From the NCBI GenBank assembly GCA_039934455.1, contig JBDTMF010000001.1, positions 12,705 to 76,704 of the forward strand: 64,000 bases of DNA, read 5' to 3'. The stretch comes from Solirubrobacteraceae bacterium. Its GTDB lineage: Bacteria; Actinomycetota; Thermoleophilia; Solirubrobacterales; Solirubrobacteraceae. The notes beneath the pieces were generated by a model. That model did no database searches. It saw only the letters and a list, made by a program, of their open reading frames with translations, and was not told where the DNA came from. Both the position numbers and the translations under genes were made by a program. Position 1 is the stretch's first letter; every line of letters starts with the position of its first letter. Shown in pieces: positions 38,718 to 48,685 of the stretch.

Positions 38718-38832
38718 GCCGCTCGCAAGGTTGAGCTCGTGTTAGGCGCCTCCTGCCGGAGGCAAGCTTCCGCGCGTTCCGGGTACCCGCTCCGCCTAAG
38801 CGCACCGGGTTGCTGTGTGACGGCCATCGCGG

Positions 38833-40284
38833 ATGACCGCAAGTTCCACGGCGGCTCTGCGTTCGAGGGTTCGGGGAAACGGAATGCGACTTACGGGGGA
38901 TCTCATCGTTCGCGCGGCGGCCTTGGCCGCCGTTCTTGTCGTGGCCATCGTGGTCGCGATCCTCCTGCTGCGCTCTCCCGGCGGCGACTACAAGGTCAAG
39001 GCGCGCTTCCAGAACGCCGCCCAGCTCGTGAAGGGCAACCTCGTGCAGACCGGCGGCGCGCCGATCGGCAAGGTCGAGACCATCGACCTCACGCCCGACG
39101 GCCAGGCCGAGGTCACGATGAAGATCAAGGGCGACTTCGTCCCGCTGCGCCGCGGCACCCTCGCCACCATCCGCCAGGCCTCGCTGTCCGGCGTCGCCAG
39201 CCGCTACATCGACCTGCGCATGGCGCCCCAGAGCGGGGAGAAGATCCCCAACGGCGGGGTCCTCGGCCAGGACTCGACGACCACCGCGGTCGACCTCGAC
39301 CAGCTCTTCAATACCTTCGACCCGCAGACGCGCAAGGCGCTCTCCGGCGTCATCCAGGGCTCCGCCAAGCAGTTCAAGGGCAAGGGCCCGCAGTTCAACG
39401 AGGGCATCGCCTACCTCAACCCCTCGCTCGCCGCCTCGAGCCGGCTGTTCCGCGAGCTCAACCGCGACACCCCGCTGCTCGAGCGCTTCGTCGTCTCCTC
39501 CTCGCAGCTCGTCACCGACATCGCCGACCGTCGCGACGACCTCGCCGGCCTGGTCGACGAGCTCGCGACCACGACGACCGCGATCGGCAACCAGAAGGCG
39601 GCGCTGGCGGAGTCGATCGGCCGGCTCCCCGGCTTCGAGCGCCGCGCGAACACCACGTTCGTCAACCTGCGCGCCGCGCTCGACGACCTCGACCCGCTCG
39701 TCGCGGACTCCAAGCCCGTCGCCAAGAAGCTGCGCCCGTTCCTCGCCGAGCTGCGGCCACTGGCCCGCGACGCGCGCCCCACGCTCAACGACCTCTCGGA
39801 CATCGTCAAGCGCCCGGGTGCGGCGAACGACCTGATCGAGCTCATGAACCTGCAGGCGCCGCTGCGCGACGTCACCACGCGCCAGGTCCAGGCGAACGGC
39901 AAGCAGCGCGACGGGGCCTTCAAGGCGAGCCAGGACGCGCTCAAGGGCAACACGCCCGAATTCGCCTTCTTCCGCCCCTACACGCCTGACCTGCTCGGCT
40001 GGTTCGACGACTTCAGCCACTCAGGCATCTATGACGCGCTCGGGGCCGCCTCGCGCGTCGGCATCCACGCCAACGCGTTCGCGCTCACCGGCGCGGCCGG
40101 CGCGGGCCAGTACCAGCTGATCCCGCCGGAGCTGCGGGGCGCCGCGCTCGAGGCGACGCTCACCACGCACCAGAACAACCGCTGCCCGGGCGGCGGCGAG
40201 CACAAGAGCGACGACGGCTCCGGGCCGTACAAGCCGACCCCCGACTTCCCCTGCGATCCGTCGCAGGTGCTCCCCGGCAAATGA
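38833..40284 (+). CDS. MCE/MlaD-family protein 1 of 6
   Basis: TM (LAAVLVVAIVVAILLL) then the MlaD domain YKVKARFQNAAQLVKGNLVQTGGAPIGKVETIDL. ATG 38884 (MRLTGDL...) is an alternative start. Confidence 0.88.
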   Translation: MTASSTAALRSRVRGNGMRLTGDLIVRAAALAAVLVVAIVVAILLLRSPGGDYKVKARFQNAAQLVKGNLVQTGGAPIGKVETIDLTPDGQAEVTMKIKGDFVPLRRGTLATIRQASLSGVASRYIDLRMAPQSGEKIPNGGVLGQDSTTTAVDLDQLFNTFDPQTRKALSGVIQGSAKQFKGKGPQFNEGIAYLNPSLAASSRLFRELNRDTPLLERFVVSSSQLVTDIADRRDDLAGLVDELATTTTAIGNQKAALAESIGRLPGFERRANTTFVNLRAALDDLDPLVADSKPVAKKLRPFLAELRPLARDARPTLNDLSDIVKRPGAANDLIELMNLQAPLRDVTTRQVQANGKQRDGAFKASQDALKGNTPEFAFFRPYTPDLLGWFDDFSHSGIYDALGAASRVGIHANAFALTGAAGAGQYQLIPPELRGAALEATLTTHQNNRCPGGGEHKSDDGSGPYKPTPDFPCDPSQVLPGK

Positions 40285-41909
40285 AGCGCGTCCTCGTCGT
40301 CACCCTCGTGCTCGTCACCGCGGCCGCCTACGTCCTCACGTCGAGCGGCGCGAAGAAGGAGGCCGGCAACCAGTTCACGGTCGAGTTCGACAACGCGTTC
40401 GGGCTCGTCAAGGGCGGCGACGTGAAGGTCGCGGGCGTCCGCGCGGGCCAGGTCACGACGCTGCGCGTCGACACGAAGACCAAGCGCGCGCTCGTCGACT
40501 TCAAGCTCACGAAGCAGGGCTTCGGGGATCTGCGCGCCGACACGTTCTGCGAGTCGCGCCCGCAGTCGCTGATCGGCGAGTACTTCATCGACTGCACGCC
40601 CGGCAAGTCGGCCGACAAGCTCAAGCCGGGCTCCACGATCCGGGTTCAGCACACGGCCTCGACGATCCCCGCCGACCTGCTCGCGAACATCATGCGCCGC
40701 CCCTATCGCGAGCGCCTGCGCATCATCCTCAACGAGCTCGGCGCCGGCGTCGGCGGCCGCGCCGAGGACGTCGACGCGACGATCCGCCGCGCCAGCCCCG
40801 CCCTGCGCGAGACGGACAAGGTGCTGAACATCCTCGCGCGCCAGAACCAGGTGCTGAAGGACCTGACGAGCAACGCGGACGTCGTCGTCGGCGACCTCGC
40901 TGCCAACCACCGCAACGTCGGCCGCTTCGTCAAGGAGACCGAGGACGTCGCCACCGCCTCCGCCGAGCGCCGCCGGCAGCTCGCCGCGGGCCTCCACCGG
41001 CTGCCGACCTTCCTGCGCGAGCTGCGGCCCACGATGACCGAGCTCGGGGCGACCGCGGATGCCTCGACCCCGTACCTGCGCGACCTCAACGCCTCCGCCG
41101 GCCAGCTCACGCGCTTCCTCGACAACCTCGGGCCGTTCGCGGAGTCCAGCCGGGTCAACGTCCGCACGCTCGCCAAGACGGCCGACGTCGGCCGGCCCGC
41201 GGTCCGCTCCGCGCGCCCCACCGTCGCGGAGCTCACCAAGACGACCGAGAAGGCGCCGGAGCTGGCCAAGAACCTCTCGATCGTGCTGAAGGACCTCGAT
41301 GACCGCAGCCGCGCCGTCGAGAAGGACAAGCGCTCGCCGGGCGGCCAGGGCTACACCGGCTTCGAGGCGGTCCTCTCCTACATCTTCGACCAGATGATGG
41401 CCATCAACGTCTACGACGAGAACGGCCACATCCTCAAGATCAACCTGAGCGCCTCCGAGTGCAGCGACTACCAGAACGCCGACTCGCTGCGGCGCAAGGA
41501 GAAGCAGAGCCCCGGCTTCACCGCCCGCTGCCTCGCCGCCCTCGGGCCCAACCAGCCCGGCGTCACGACGCCCGACCCGAGCGACACGGGCGTCGACGAC
41601 CCCGGCGCGAGCCCCCCGGCGTCGAGCCGCAGCAAGCGCTCGAAGAAGACGAAGCACGGCACGGCCAAGCAGCAGAAGCAGAGCCAGAACGCGCCCGGCC
41701 AGCCCGACCTCAGGAAGGCGCTCGAGCGGCTGCTGCGCGGCGGCGGCGGCACGAACAAGCCGGCGGCGCCGGCGCTCCCCAACGTGACACTGCCGTCGGT
41801 CCCGAAGACGCCCGCGGTCCCGGGCGTCCCGAACGTGACCCAGGGCGGCGGCAGCAACGGCCAGTCCGCCGATCCCAAGGCCCTCCTCGACTACCTCCTG
41901 AGCCCATGA
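40281..41909 (+). CDS. MCE/MlaD-family protein 2 of 6, with long low-complexity C-terminal tail
   Basis: ATGA overlap with the previous gene. MKRVLVVTLVLVTAAAYVL...FTVEFDNAFGLVKGGDVKVAGVRAGQV. Pro/Lys/Gln-rich tail. Confidence 0.88.
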   Translation: MKRVLVVTLVLVTAAAYVLTSSGAKKEAGNQFTVEFDNAFGLVKGGDVKVAGVRAGQVTTLRVDTKTKRALVDFKLTKQGFGDLRADTFCESRPQSLIGEYFIDCTPGKSADKLKPGSTIRVQHTASTIPADLLANIMRRPYRERLRIILNELGAGVGGRAEDVDATIRRASPALRETDKVLNILARQNQVLKDLTSNADVVVGDLAANHRNVGRFVKETEDVATASAERRRQLAAGLHRLPTFLRELRPTMTELGATADASTPYLRDLNASAGQLTRFLDNLGPFAESSRVNVRTLAKTADVGRPAVRSARPTVAELTKTTEKAPELAKNLSIVLKDLDDRSRAVEKDKRSPGGQGYTGFEAVLSYIFDQMMAINVYDENGHILKINLSASECSDYQNADSLRRKEKQSPGFTARCLAALGPNQPGVTTPDPSDTGVDDPGASPPASSRSKRSKKTKHGTAKQQKQSQNAPGQPDLRKALERLLRGGGGTNKPAAPALPNVTLPSVPKTPAVPGVPNVTQGGGSNGQSADPKALLDYLLSP

Positions 41910-43432
41910 GAGGCAGCTCCGCTTCATCCGTGTTCGCCAACCCCGTGCTCGTGGGCGCGGTGACCACGCTCGTCGTGATCGTCGCCGTGTTCCTCTCCTA
42001 CAACGCGAACAACGGGCTGCCGTTCGTGCCCACGACCACGCTCAAGGTCCGCTTCGCCAACGGCCAGAACCTCGTCAGAGGCAACGAGATCCGGTCGGGC
42101 GGCTTCCGCATCGGCGTGGTCGAGGACATGAAGCCCGTCAAGCTCTCGGCCGGACAGGTCGGGGCCGAGCTCAAGCTCAAGCTCGACAAGACGATCGGGA
42201 AGATCCCCGAGGACTCGCGCTGGCGCATCCGCCCGCGCTCGGCGCTCGGCCTCAAGTACCTCGAGCTCACCGAGGGCCGCTCCAAGCAGGCCTACCAGGA
42301 CGGCGACACCGTGCCGCTCGAGCAGACCGAGGTCAACGTCGACCTCGATGAGGTCTTCAAGATCTTCGACCCGAAGACGCGCCGGGCCAGCCGCGAGAAC
42401 CTGCAGGGCTTCGGCGACACGTTCGCCGGCCGCGGCGCCGCCGTCGGGCGCACGGTCGAGGAGGCGCCGCGGCTGTTCGGCCACCTCGAGCCGGTCGCGA
42501 AGAACCTCTCGGACCCGAACACGGCGCTGCCCACCTTCTTCAAGGAGCTCGGTGACGCAGCGCGCATCATCGCTCCGATCTCGAAGACCAACGCGCGCCT
42601 GTTCACGACCATGGCCGACACCTGGGAGGCGGTCGGCCGCGACCCGGAGGCGCTCAAGCAGTTCATCTCCAAGCAGCCCGCGACGCTGGACGCCGGGATC
42701 TCGTCCTTCCGCGTGCAGCGCCCGTTCCTGCACGACCTGACGCTGTTCTCGAAGGACTTCTCCGGCGCAACGCAGGAGCTGCGCGGCGCGCTGCCCGACA
42801 TCAACCCGGCGCTCGAGACCGGGACGCGCATCCAGCGCCGCGTGCCGGAGCTCAACCAGCGGCTCGAGGGTACGTTCGCCGCGCTCCAGGACCTGACCTC
42901 GGCGCCGTCCACGAACGCCGCGATCCGCGCGCTGACCGCCACGGTCACGACGCTCAACCCGCAGCTGCGCTTCTACGGCCCGTACGTCACGGTCTGCAAC
43001 GCCCCCAACTACTTCTTCACCTATCTGGCCGAGCACTTCTCCGAGCCCGACACGGTGGGCGAGTCCCAGCGCGCGCTCGCCAACACGGCCGGCCGCCAGG
43101 ACGACTCGCTGGGCTCGATGGGCGCCGACGCGCCCGCCAACGGCCAGGAGGTCCAGCAGGGCAACAAGCAGTACCTCCACGGCGATCCCTACGGCGCCGC
43201 GATCACGCCCGACGGCCGCGCCGACTGCGAGGCGGGCCAGCGTGGCTACCCGGAGCGCAACGCGCGCTTCTACTCCAGCAGCTTCAAGATCGACCAGGAC
43301 GCGCGGACGCCCGGCGCCCAGGGCCCGACCTACACCGGCCGCGCCCGCGTCCCCGCGGGCGAGACCTACTCCGCCATCCCCGAGACCGGCGTGTACAAGG
43401 ACATCCCCCCGTCGACGAGCGGTGAGCGATGA
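41906..43432 (+). CDS. MCE/MlaD-family protein 3 of 6
   Basis: ATGA overlap. ...VGAVTTLVVIVAVFLSY...LKVRFANGQNLVRGNEIRSGGFRIGVV. Confidence 0.88.
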   Translation: MRGSSASSVFANPVLVGAVTTLVVIVAVFLSYNANNGLPFVPTTTLKVRFANGQNLVRGNEIRSGGFRIGVVEDMKPVKLSAGQVGAELKLKLDKTIGKIPEDSRWRIRPRSALGLKYLELTEGRSKQAYQDGDTVPLEQTEVNVDLDEVFKIFDPKTRRASRENLQGFGDTFAGRGAAVGRTVEEAPRLFGHLEPVAKNLSDPNTALPTFFKELGDAARIIAPISKTNARLFTTMADTWEAVGRDPEALKQFISKQPATLDAGISSFRVQRPFLHDLTLFSKDFSGATQELRGALPDINPALETGTRIQRRVPELNQRLEGTFAALQDLTSAPSTNAAIRALTATVTTLNPQLRFYGPYVTVCNAPNYFFTYLAEHFSEPDTVGESQRALANTAGRQDDSLGSMGADAPANGQEVQQGNKQYLHGDPYGAAITPDGRADCEAGQRGYPERNARFYSSSFKIDQDARTPGAQGPTYTGRARVPAGETYSAIPETGVYKDIPPSTSGER

Positions 43433-44985
43433 GGCGGCGGCGGCGGCGCGGCGGCGTCAGCACCTTTGCGGTCGGGATGGTGGCGCTCATCGTCACGATC
43501 ATCGGCGTCTACCTCGGCTTCACCAAGTCGATCCCGTTCCGCTCGCACTACGAGGTCAAGGCCGCGTTCAAGAGCGCGAACAACCTGCGCAAGGCCTCGC
43601 CGGTGCGGATCGCGGGCGTCGAGGTCGGCAAGGTCACGAAGGTCGAGCGCGCGCACAAGGGCGACAACGGCGCCGTCGTGACGATGCGGATCCAGGACAA
43701 GGGCCGCCCGCTGCATAGGGACGCGACGTTCAAGATCCGCCCGCGCATCTTCCTCGAGGGCAACTTCTTCGTCGACGTCACGCCCGGCACCTCGGGCAAG
43801 GAGGTCGCCGCCAACCACACGTTCCCGGTCAACCAGACGAGCACCCCGGTGCAGCTCGACGAGATCCTGACCGCGCTGCAGACCAACACGCGCGACGACC
43901 TCAAGACGCTGCTGCGCGAGTACTCGGCCGGCCTCAAGGGCAAGGGCGCGAAGGGCTTCAACGCGTCGATCAAGTACTGGAAGCCCGCCTACCGCGACTC
44001 CGCGATCGTCTCCGAGGCGCTGCTGGGCGAGAACGAGCACGACCTGTCCGGCTACATCGACCGCTCCGGGGTCGTCGCCGGCGCGCTCGACCGCAACCGC
44101 GGGCAGCTCAAGGCGCTGATCACGAACTTCCGCCAGACGGCCGGCGCGTTCGCGCGAGAGAACACGAATCTCGAAGCCGCGATCGCCGAGCTGCCGCGCA
44201 CGCTGCGCGCCGCCCAGCCCGCGCTCGACGCGCTCAACCGCTCCTTCCCCGGCCTGCGCGGCTTCGCCCGCGACCTGCGCCCGGGTGTCAGGTCCTCCGG
44301 CCCGACCATCGACGTCGCGCTGCCGCTGCTGCGCCAGCTGCGAGGCCTCGTCTCCAAGGACGAGCTGCGCGGCCTGACCGCCGACCTGCGGCCGACGGTG
44401 CCGGCACTGGCGAGCTTCACCCAGCAGGCGGTGCCGCTCAACCAGCAGGTCCGCGAGTCAGCGAGCTGCCAGAACGAGGTCGTCCTGCCCTGGAGCAAGG
44501 AGACGCTCAAGGACGACAAGTTCCCGGCCACCGGCCCGGTCTACACCGAGCTGCCCAAGCCGTTCCCGGGCCTCGCCGGCGAGAGCCGCTCGGGTGACGC
44601 CAACGGCCAGTGGTTCCGCGTGCTGGCGGCCGGCGGCACCAACCTCGTGCAGTTCGCGCCCGGCGTGTTCGGCACGACAGCGCTACCGCTGCTCGGCGTC
44701 AACCCGCCGAAGCCCACCGCGCGGCCGCCGCTGCGCAACGACGTCCCGTGCGAGACCCAGCAGACGCCGGACCTCGCCTCCAAGGCCGCCGACCCGCCCC
44801 CGCAGCACACCACCAACGTCAACAGCGTCGCCTTCAAGACGCGCTGGGCGCAGGTCCGCAAGTACGGCATCGATCTGATGAAGCTCTCGCTCCAGAACGA
44901 GGGCCTCGCCGACAAGTTCAAGGTCTCCGACCAGGACCTCACGCGCGGCGCCGTCAAGCAGCTCGCGAAGGGGAGCACCCCGTGA
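43429..44985 (+). CDS. MCE/MlaD-family protein 4 of 6
   Basis: ATGA overlap. ...FAVGMVALIVTIIGVYLGF...YEVKAAFKSANNLRKASPVRIAGVEVGKV. Confidence 0.88.
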   Translation: MRRRRRRGGVSTFAVGMVALIVTIIGVYLGFTKSIPFRSHYEVKAAFKSANNLRKASPVRIAGVEVGKVTKVERAHKGDNGAVVTMRIQDKGRPLHRDATFKIRPRIFLEGNFFVDVTPGTSGKEVAANHTFPVNQTSTPVQLDEILTALQTNTRDDLKTLLREYSAGLKGKGAKGFNASIKYWKPAYRDSAIVSEALLGENEHDLSGYIDRSGVVAGALDRNRGQLKALITNFRQTAGAFARENTNLEAAIAELPRTLRAAQPALDALNRSFPGLRGFARDLRPGVRSSGPTIDVALPLLRQLRGLVSKDELRGLTADLRPTVPALASFTQQAVPLNQQVRESASCQNEVVLPWSKETLKDDKFPATGPVYTELPKPFPGLAGESRSGDANGQWFRVLAAGGTNLVQFAPGVFGTTALPLLGVNPPKPTARPPLRNDVPCETQQTPDLASKAADPPPQHTTNVNSVAFKTRWAQVRKYGIDLMKLSLQNEGLADKFKVSDQDLTRGAVKQLAKGSTP

Positions 44986-46376
44986 CCGCGATCAAGAAGA
45001 ACCTCGGCAACTTCGCCGCGATCCTCGCGCTGATCGTCATCGCCGGGGGCGTCTCGTTCTACATCCTCAACGAGCAGCGGATGCGCTTCCCGTTCCTCGA
45101 GCCGAAGCCGTTCCAGCTCAAGGCCGAGTTCTCGACCGCGCAGGCGGTCGTCGCCGGTCAGGGCCAGACCGTACGCGTGTCGGGCGTGCGCATCGGCGAC
45201 ATCGGCGGCGTCGACCTCAAGGACGGCCGCGCGGTGATCAAGATGGACATCGACCCGCAGTACAAGGACCTGGTCCACACGAACGCGACCGCGCTGCTGC
45301 GGCCCAAGACCGGCCTCAAGGACATGTTCATCGACCTCCAGCCGGGCGGGGGCGACGCGAAGGTCGTCAAGCAGGGCTTCACGATCCCGATCCGGGCGAC
45401 GCAGCCCGACGTCAACCCGGACGAGATCCTGAGCGTGCTCGACACCGACACGCGCGACTATCTGCAGCTGCTCGTCAATGGCGCCGGCCGCGGCCTGAAG
45501 GGTCGTGGCGGGGACCTGCGCGACCTGTTCGCGCGCTTCGAGCCCACCCACCGCGACCTCGCGCGCGTCAACGGCGCCGTCGCCACGCGCCGCACGCAGC
45601 TGCGCCACCTCGTCACCTCGCTCAACGTGCTGAGCAAGGAGCTCGCCTCGCACGATGACGACCTCGCCAGCCTCGTCGACTCCTCCGCCGCGGTGTTCGA
45701 CTCGTTCGCCAAGGAGCAGGCCAACGTCTCGAGCGCGGTGCACGAGCTGCCGAGCACGCTCGCACAGACCACCGACACGCTCGGGCGCGTCGACACGTTC
45801 GCCGAGCTGCTCGGGCCGACGACGCAGAAGCTGCGCCCGGCCGCGCGCGCACTCGATCCCGCCAACCAGGCGGTGCGCCCGTTCGCGAAGGAGGCGACGC
45901 CGCAGCTGCGCGAGAGCATCCGCCCGTTCGTGCGCGAGTCGCGCCCGCTCGTCCGCGACCTGCGCCCGGTCTCCGAGCGGCTCGCCAAGGCGGCACCGGA
46001 CCTGACGCAGGTGTTCCTCCGCTTCAACCACTTCCTCAACCTGCTCGGCTACAACCCGAAGGGGCGCGAGGGCGCGGGCCAGGCCGACCGCCAGGAGGGC
46101 TACCTGTTCTGGCTGGCCTGGTTGAACCACTCCGCGACGCAGCTGTTCTCGACCTCCGACGCGCACGGCGTGTTCCGCCCGGTGACGATCGCCGCGCCGT
46201 GCGCGACCCTGCAGCAGGTGCTGCAGGCGCAGCCCGAGCTGGAGTTCACCTCGGTGCTGACGCCGCTTCTCACGGACTCCGCGGCCTGCAACGGCGGCGA
46301 CAGCGGCGGCACCCTGCCGCAGCTCCCCCATCTCCCCAATCTGCCGGTCGGCAAGAAGAAGCGAGGCAACGGCTAG
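44982..46376 (+). CDS. MCE/MlaD-family protein 5 of 6
   Basis: GTGA overlap. (M)TAIKKNLGNFAAILALIVIAGGVSFYIL...LKAEFSTAQAVVAGQGQTVRVSGVRIG. Confidence 0.88.
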   Translation: MTAIKKNLGNFAAILALIVIAGGVSFYILNEQRMRFPFLEPKPFQLKAEFSTAQAVVAGQGQTVRVSGVRIGDIGGVDLKDGRAVIKMDIDPQYKDLVHTNATALLRPKTGLKDMFIDLQPGGGDAKVVKQGFTIPIRATQPDVNPDEILSVLDTDTRDYLQLLVNGAGRGLKGRGGDLRDLFARFEPTHRDLARVNGAVATRRTQLRHLVTSLNVLSKELASHDDDLASLVDSSAAVFDSFAKEQANVSSAVHELPSTLAQTTDTLGRVDTFAELLGPTTQKLRPAARALDPANQAVRPFAKEATPQLRESIRPFVRESRPLVRDLRPVSERLAKAAPDLTQVFLRFNHFLNLLGYNPKGREGAGQADRQEGYLFWLAWLNHSATQLFSTSDAHGVFRPVTIAAPCATLQQVLQAQPELEFTSVLTPLLTDSAACNGGDSGGTLPQLPHLPNLPVGKKKRGNG

Positions 46377-47804
46377 ATGCAGACCTCCGTTCCCTCCTTC
46401 GCGCGCGTGATGGTGATGGTGGGCTTCGCGCTCTCGTGCTTCGCGCTGCTGCTGTTCCTGTGGCTGTCCTTCGGCGGGCCGATCCCGCTCAAGCCGAAGG
46501 GCTACCGCGTGCAGGTCGGCTTCCCGGAGGCGACCCAGCTCGGGCTCGAGGCCGACGTCCGCGTGGCCGGCGTCTCGGTCGGCAAGCTGCGCAAGAAGGT
46601 GCTCGACCCGAAGGGCAACCGCACGCTCGTCGACCTCGAGATCGATCGCAAGTTCGCCCCGCTGCGGGCCGACACGAAGGCGATGCTGCGCCAGAAGTCG
46701 CTGCTCGGCGAGACCTTCGTGGAGCTCACCCCCGGCTCCTCGAAGAAGACGATCCCTGAGGGCGGCCGGCTCCCCGACGGCCACATCCAGTCGACGGTCG
46801 AGCTCGACGAGATCTTCCAGGCGCTCGACCCGACGACGCGCGCGGCGTTCCAGAGCTGGCAGCAGGACCTCGCCAAGGGCATCCACGGGCGCGGGCGCGA
46901 CTTCAACGACGCGCTGGGCACGCTGCCCGGCTTCGCGCATGACGGCGCGGACGTGCTCGCGGTGCTCGACGGCCAGGAGGGCGCGGTGACCCGGCTGGTC
47001 AAGAACACCGGTGTGACCTTCGGCGCGCTGACCCAGGACGAGCAGCAGCTCTCCAACCTGATCACCTCGGCGGGCCGCGTGTTCGACGCCACCGCGTCGC
47101 AGCAGGACGCGCTGGCGGAGACGATCCGGATCTTCCCGACCTTCCTCGACGAGTCCAAGGCGACGCTCGAGCGGCTGCAGACGTTCTCCACGAACACCCG
47201 CCCGCTGATCCAGGACCTGCGCCCGGTGGCCCGGGACCTCAAGCCGACGCTGCACGACGTGCGCGCGCTGTCACCGGACCTGCGGCGCTTCTTCCGCGAC
47301 CTCGACCCGCTGATCAAGGCCAGCCGCACGGGCCTGCCCGCCGGCAGCGAGGTCATCCGCGGGCTCAAGCCGACGCTGGCGGAGCTGACGCCGTTCCTCC
47401 AGCAGGTCAACCCGATCCTGCAGTACCTCGAGGCGTCGCAGTTCCAGGTCTCCGACTTCATCACCAACGGCGCGGCCGCGCTCGCGGACACGGAGCCCTC
47501 GCCCAGCGGCGGCGTCGGGCACTACCTGCGCCAGTTCGGCCCGACCGGCTCGGAGAGCCTCGCCGTCTACAAGGAGCGCCTGAGCACGAACCGCGGCAAC
47601 TCCTACCCGCCGCCGCTCGCGCTGTTCGGCGACCTCAAGGGCTCGGGCATCTTCCCCAACACCGACTGCAAGCCCTCCGGCGGGCCGGTCAAGCCCTCAG
47701 AGGGCAACCCCGGCTGCCGCGTCGCCGACAAGCAGACCATCGGCGGCCAGCTGCAGGGCACCTTCCCGCACGTCGTCGCCAACGACTACGGCGCCGGCAG
47801 GTAG
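46377..47804 (+). CDS. MCE/MlaD-family protein 6 of 6
   Basis: ATG immediately after the upstream TAG. ...VMVMVGFALSCFALLLFLWL...YRVQVGFPEATQLGLEADVRVAGVSVGKL. Confidence 0.88.
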   Translation: MQTSVPSFARVMVMVGFALSCFALLLFLWLSFGGPIPLKPKGYRVQVGFPEATQLGLEADVRVAGVSVGKLRKKVLDPKGNRTLVDLEIDRKFAPLRADTKAMLRQKSLLGETFVELTPGSSKKTIPEGGRLPDGHIQSTVELDEIFQALDPTTRAAFQSWQQDLAKGIHGRGRDFNDALGTLPGFAHDGADVLAVLDGQEGAVTRLVKNTGVTFGALTQDEQQLSNLITSAGRVFDATASQQDALAETIRIFPTFLDESKATLERLQTFSTNTRPLIQDLRPVARDLKPTLHDVRALSPDLRRFFRDLDPLIKASRTGLPAGSEVIRGLKPTLAELTPFLQQVNPILQYLEASQFQVSDFITNGAAALADTEPSPSGGVGHYLRQFGPTGSESLAVYKERLSTNRGNSYPPPLALFGDLKGSGIFPNTDCKPSGGPVKPSEGNPGCRVADKQTIGGQLQGTFPHVVANDYGAGR

Positions 47805-47819
47805 CGCGCGCGGGGCGGG

Positions 47820-48512
47820 CTACGCGGCCGCGGCGCCGCTGCGGCGCGCGGCGTCCGAGAAGCCGGACAGCAGCGCCTCGGCGAGCCCGCGCTTGCCGGC
47901 GATGTCGAGGTCGTCCGTCGCGCCGTCGGGGCCGAGGGCGCGCACCCACGCGGCGACGCTGCCGGTGATCGTCGCGCTCGGCTCGCCGTTGCGGTCGCGC
48001 TCGGCGATCTCGACGCTGCCCCCACCGATCGTCACCAGGTAGTGGCGCTCGGGCGCGTCGCCGTCGGCCTCGACGATCAGGTCGACGGCGCCGCTCAGCC
48101 CGGCGGGCGGCTCGAGCAGCCCGGGGGCGAGGCGGAAGATCGCGCCGACATTGACGTCCTCGCCGGTGCGCGGCGGCGTCCACGTCCAGTCGTAGCCCCA
48201 CTGCGCGAGCGCGCCGAGCACCGGCATCAGCTCGCGCGAGCGCTCGGTCAGCTCGTAGTCGACGCGCGGCGGCACCTCGCGGTAGCGCTGGCGTGTGAGC
48301 AGGCCGTCGGCCACCATGCGGTTCAGGCGCGAGCGCAGCTGCTCGGTCGAGATGCCGGGGAGCACGCGCTGGAGCTCCACGAACCGCCGCGGGCCGGCGG
48401 CCAGATCACGGATGATCAGCAGCGTCCATTTGTCGCCGACGAGGTCGAGCGCCCGGGCGTCCGGCGACCACTGGTCATACGGGTGACGCTTGGGTGGAGG
48501 CGCTGCGGGGAT
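47820..48512 (-). CDS. HxlR-family winged-helix regulator with C-terminal SCP2-like domain; conserved N-terminus requires initiation at ATC 48512
   Basis: Reading upstream of the track's GTG 48380 gives IPAAPPPKRHPYDQWSPDARALDLVGDKWTLLIIRDLAAGPRRF-VELQRVLPGIS...PPRVDYELT. In-frame TGA at 48518..48516. GGAG sits 8 nt upstream of ATC. Confidence 0.8.
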   Translation of the reverse strand: MPAAPPPKRHPYDQWSPDARALDLVGDKWTLLIIRDLAAGPRRFVELQRVLPGISTEQLRSRLNRMVADGLLTRQRYREVPPRVDYELTERSRELMPVLGALAQWGYDWTWTPPRTGEDVNVGAIFRLAPGLLEPPAGLSGAVDLIVEADGDAPERHYLVTIGGGSVEIAERDRNGEPSATITGSVAAWVRALGPDGATDDLDIAGKRGLAEALLSGFSDAARRSGAAAA

Positions 48513-48685
48513 GGCTCAGACTCCGTTTTCGGCGGCAGAAGTGGGCTGCGAGAGCATACCCGGTCCTTCGGCTACACACTGTCAGGAACATTGCCCGCCA
48601 GTTCTCTGGTAGGTCAACGTTGGACGGTGCAAGGAAGCACCGACCGGCGGGGCTCCAATCTGGAACGCACGAAGGCGAAGGGGCA

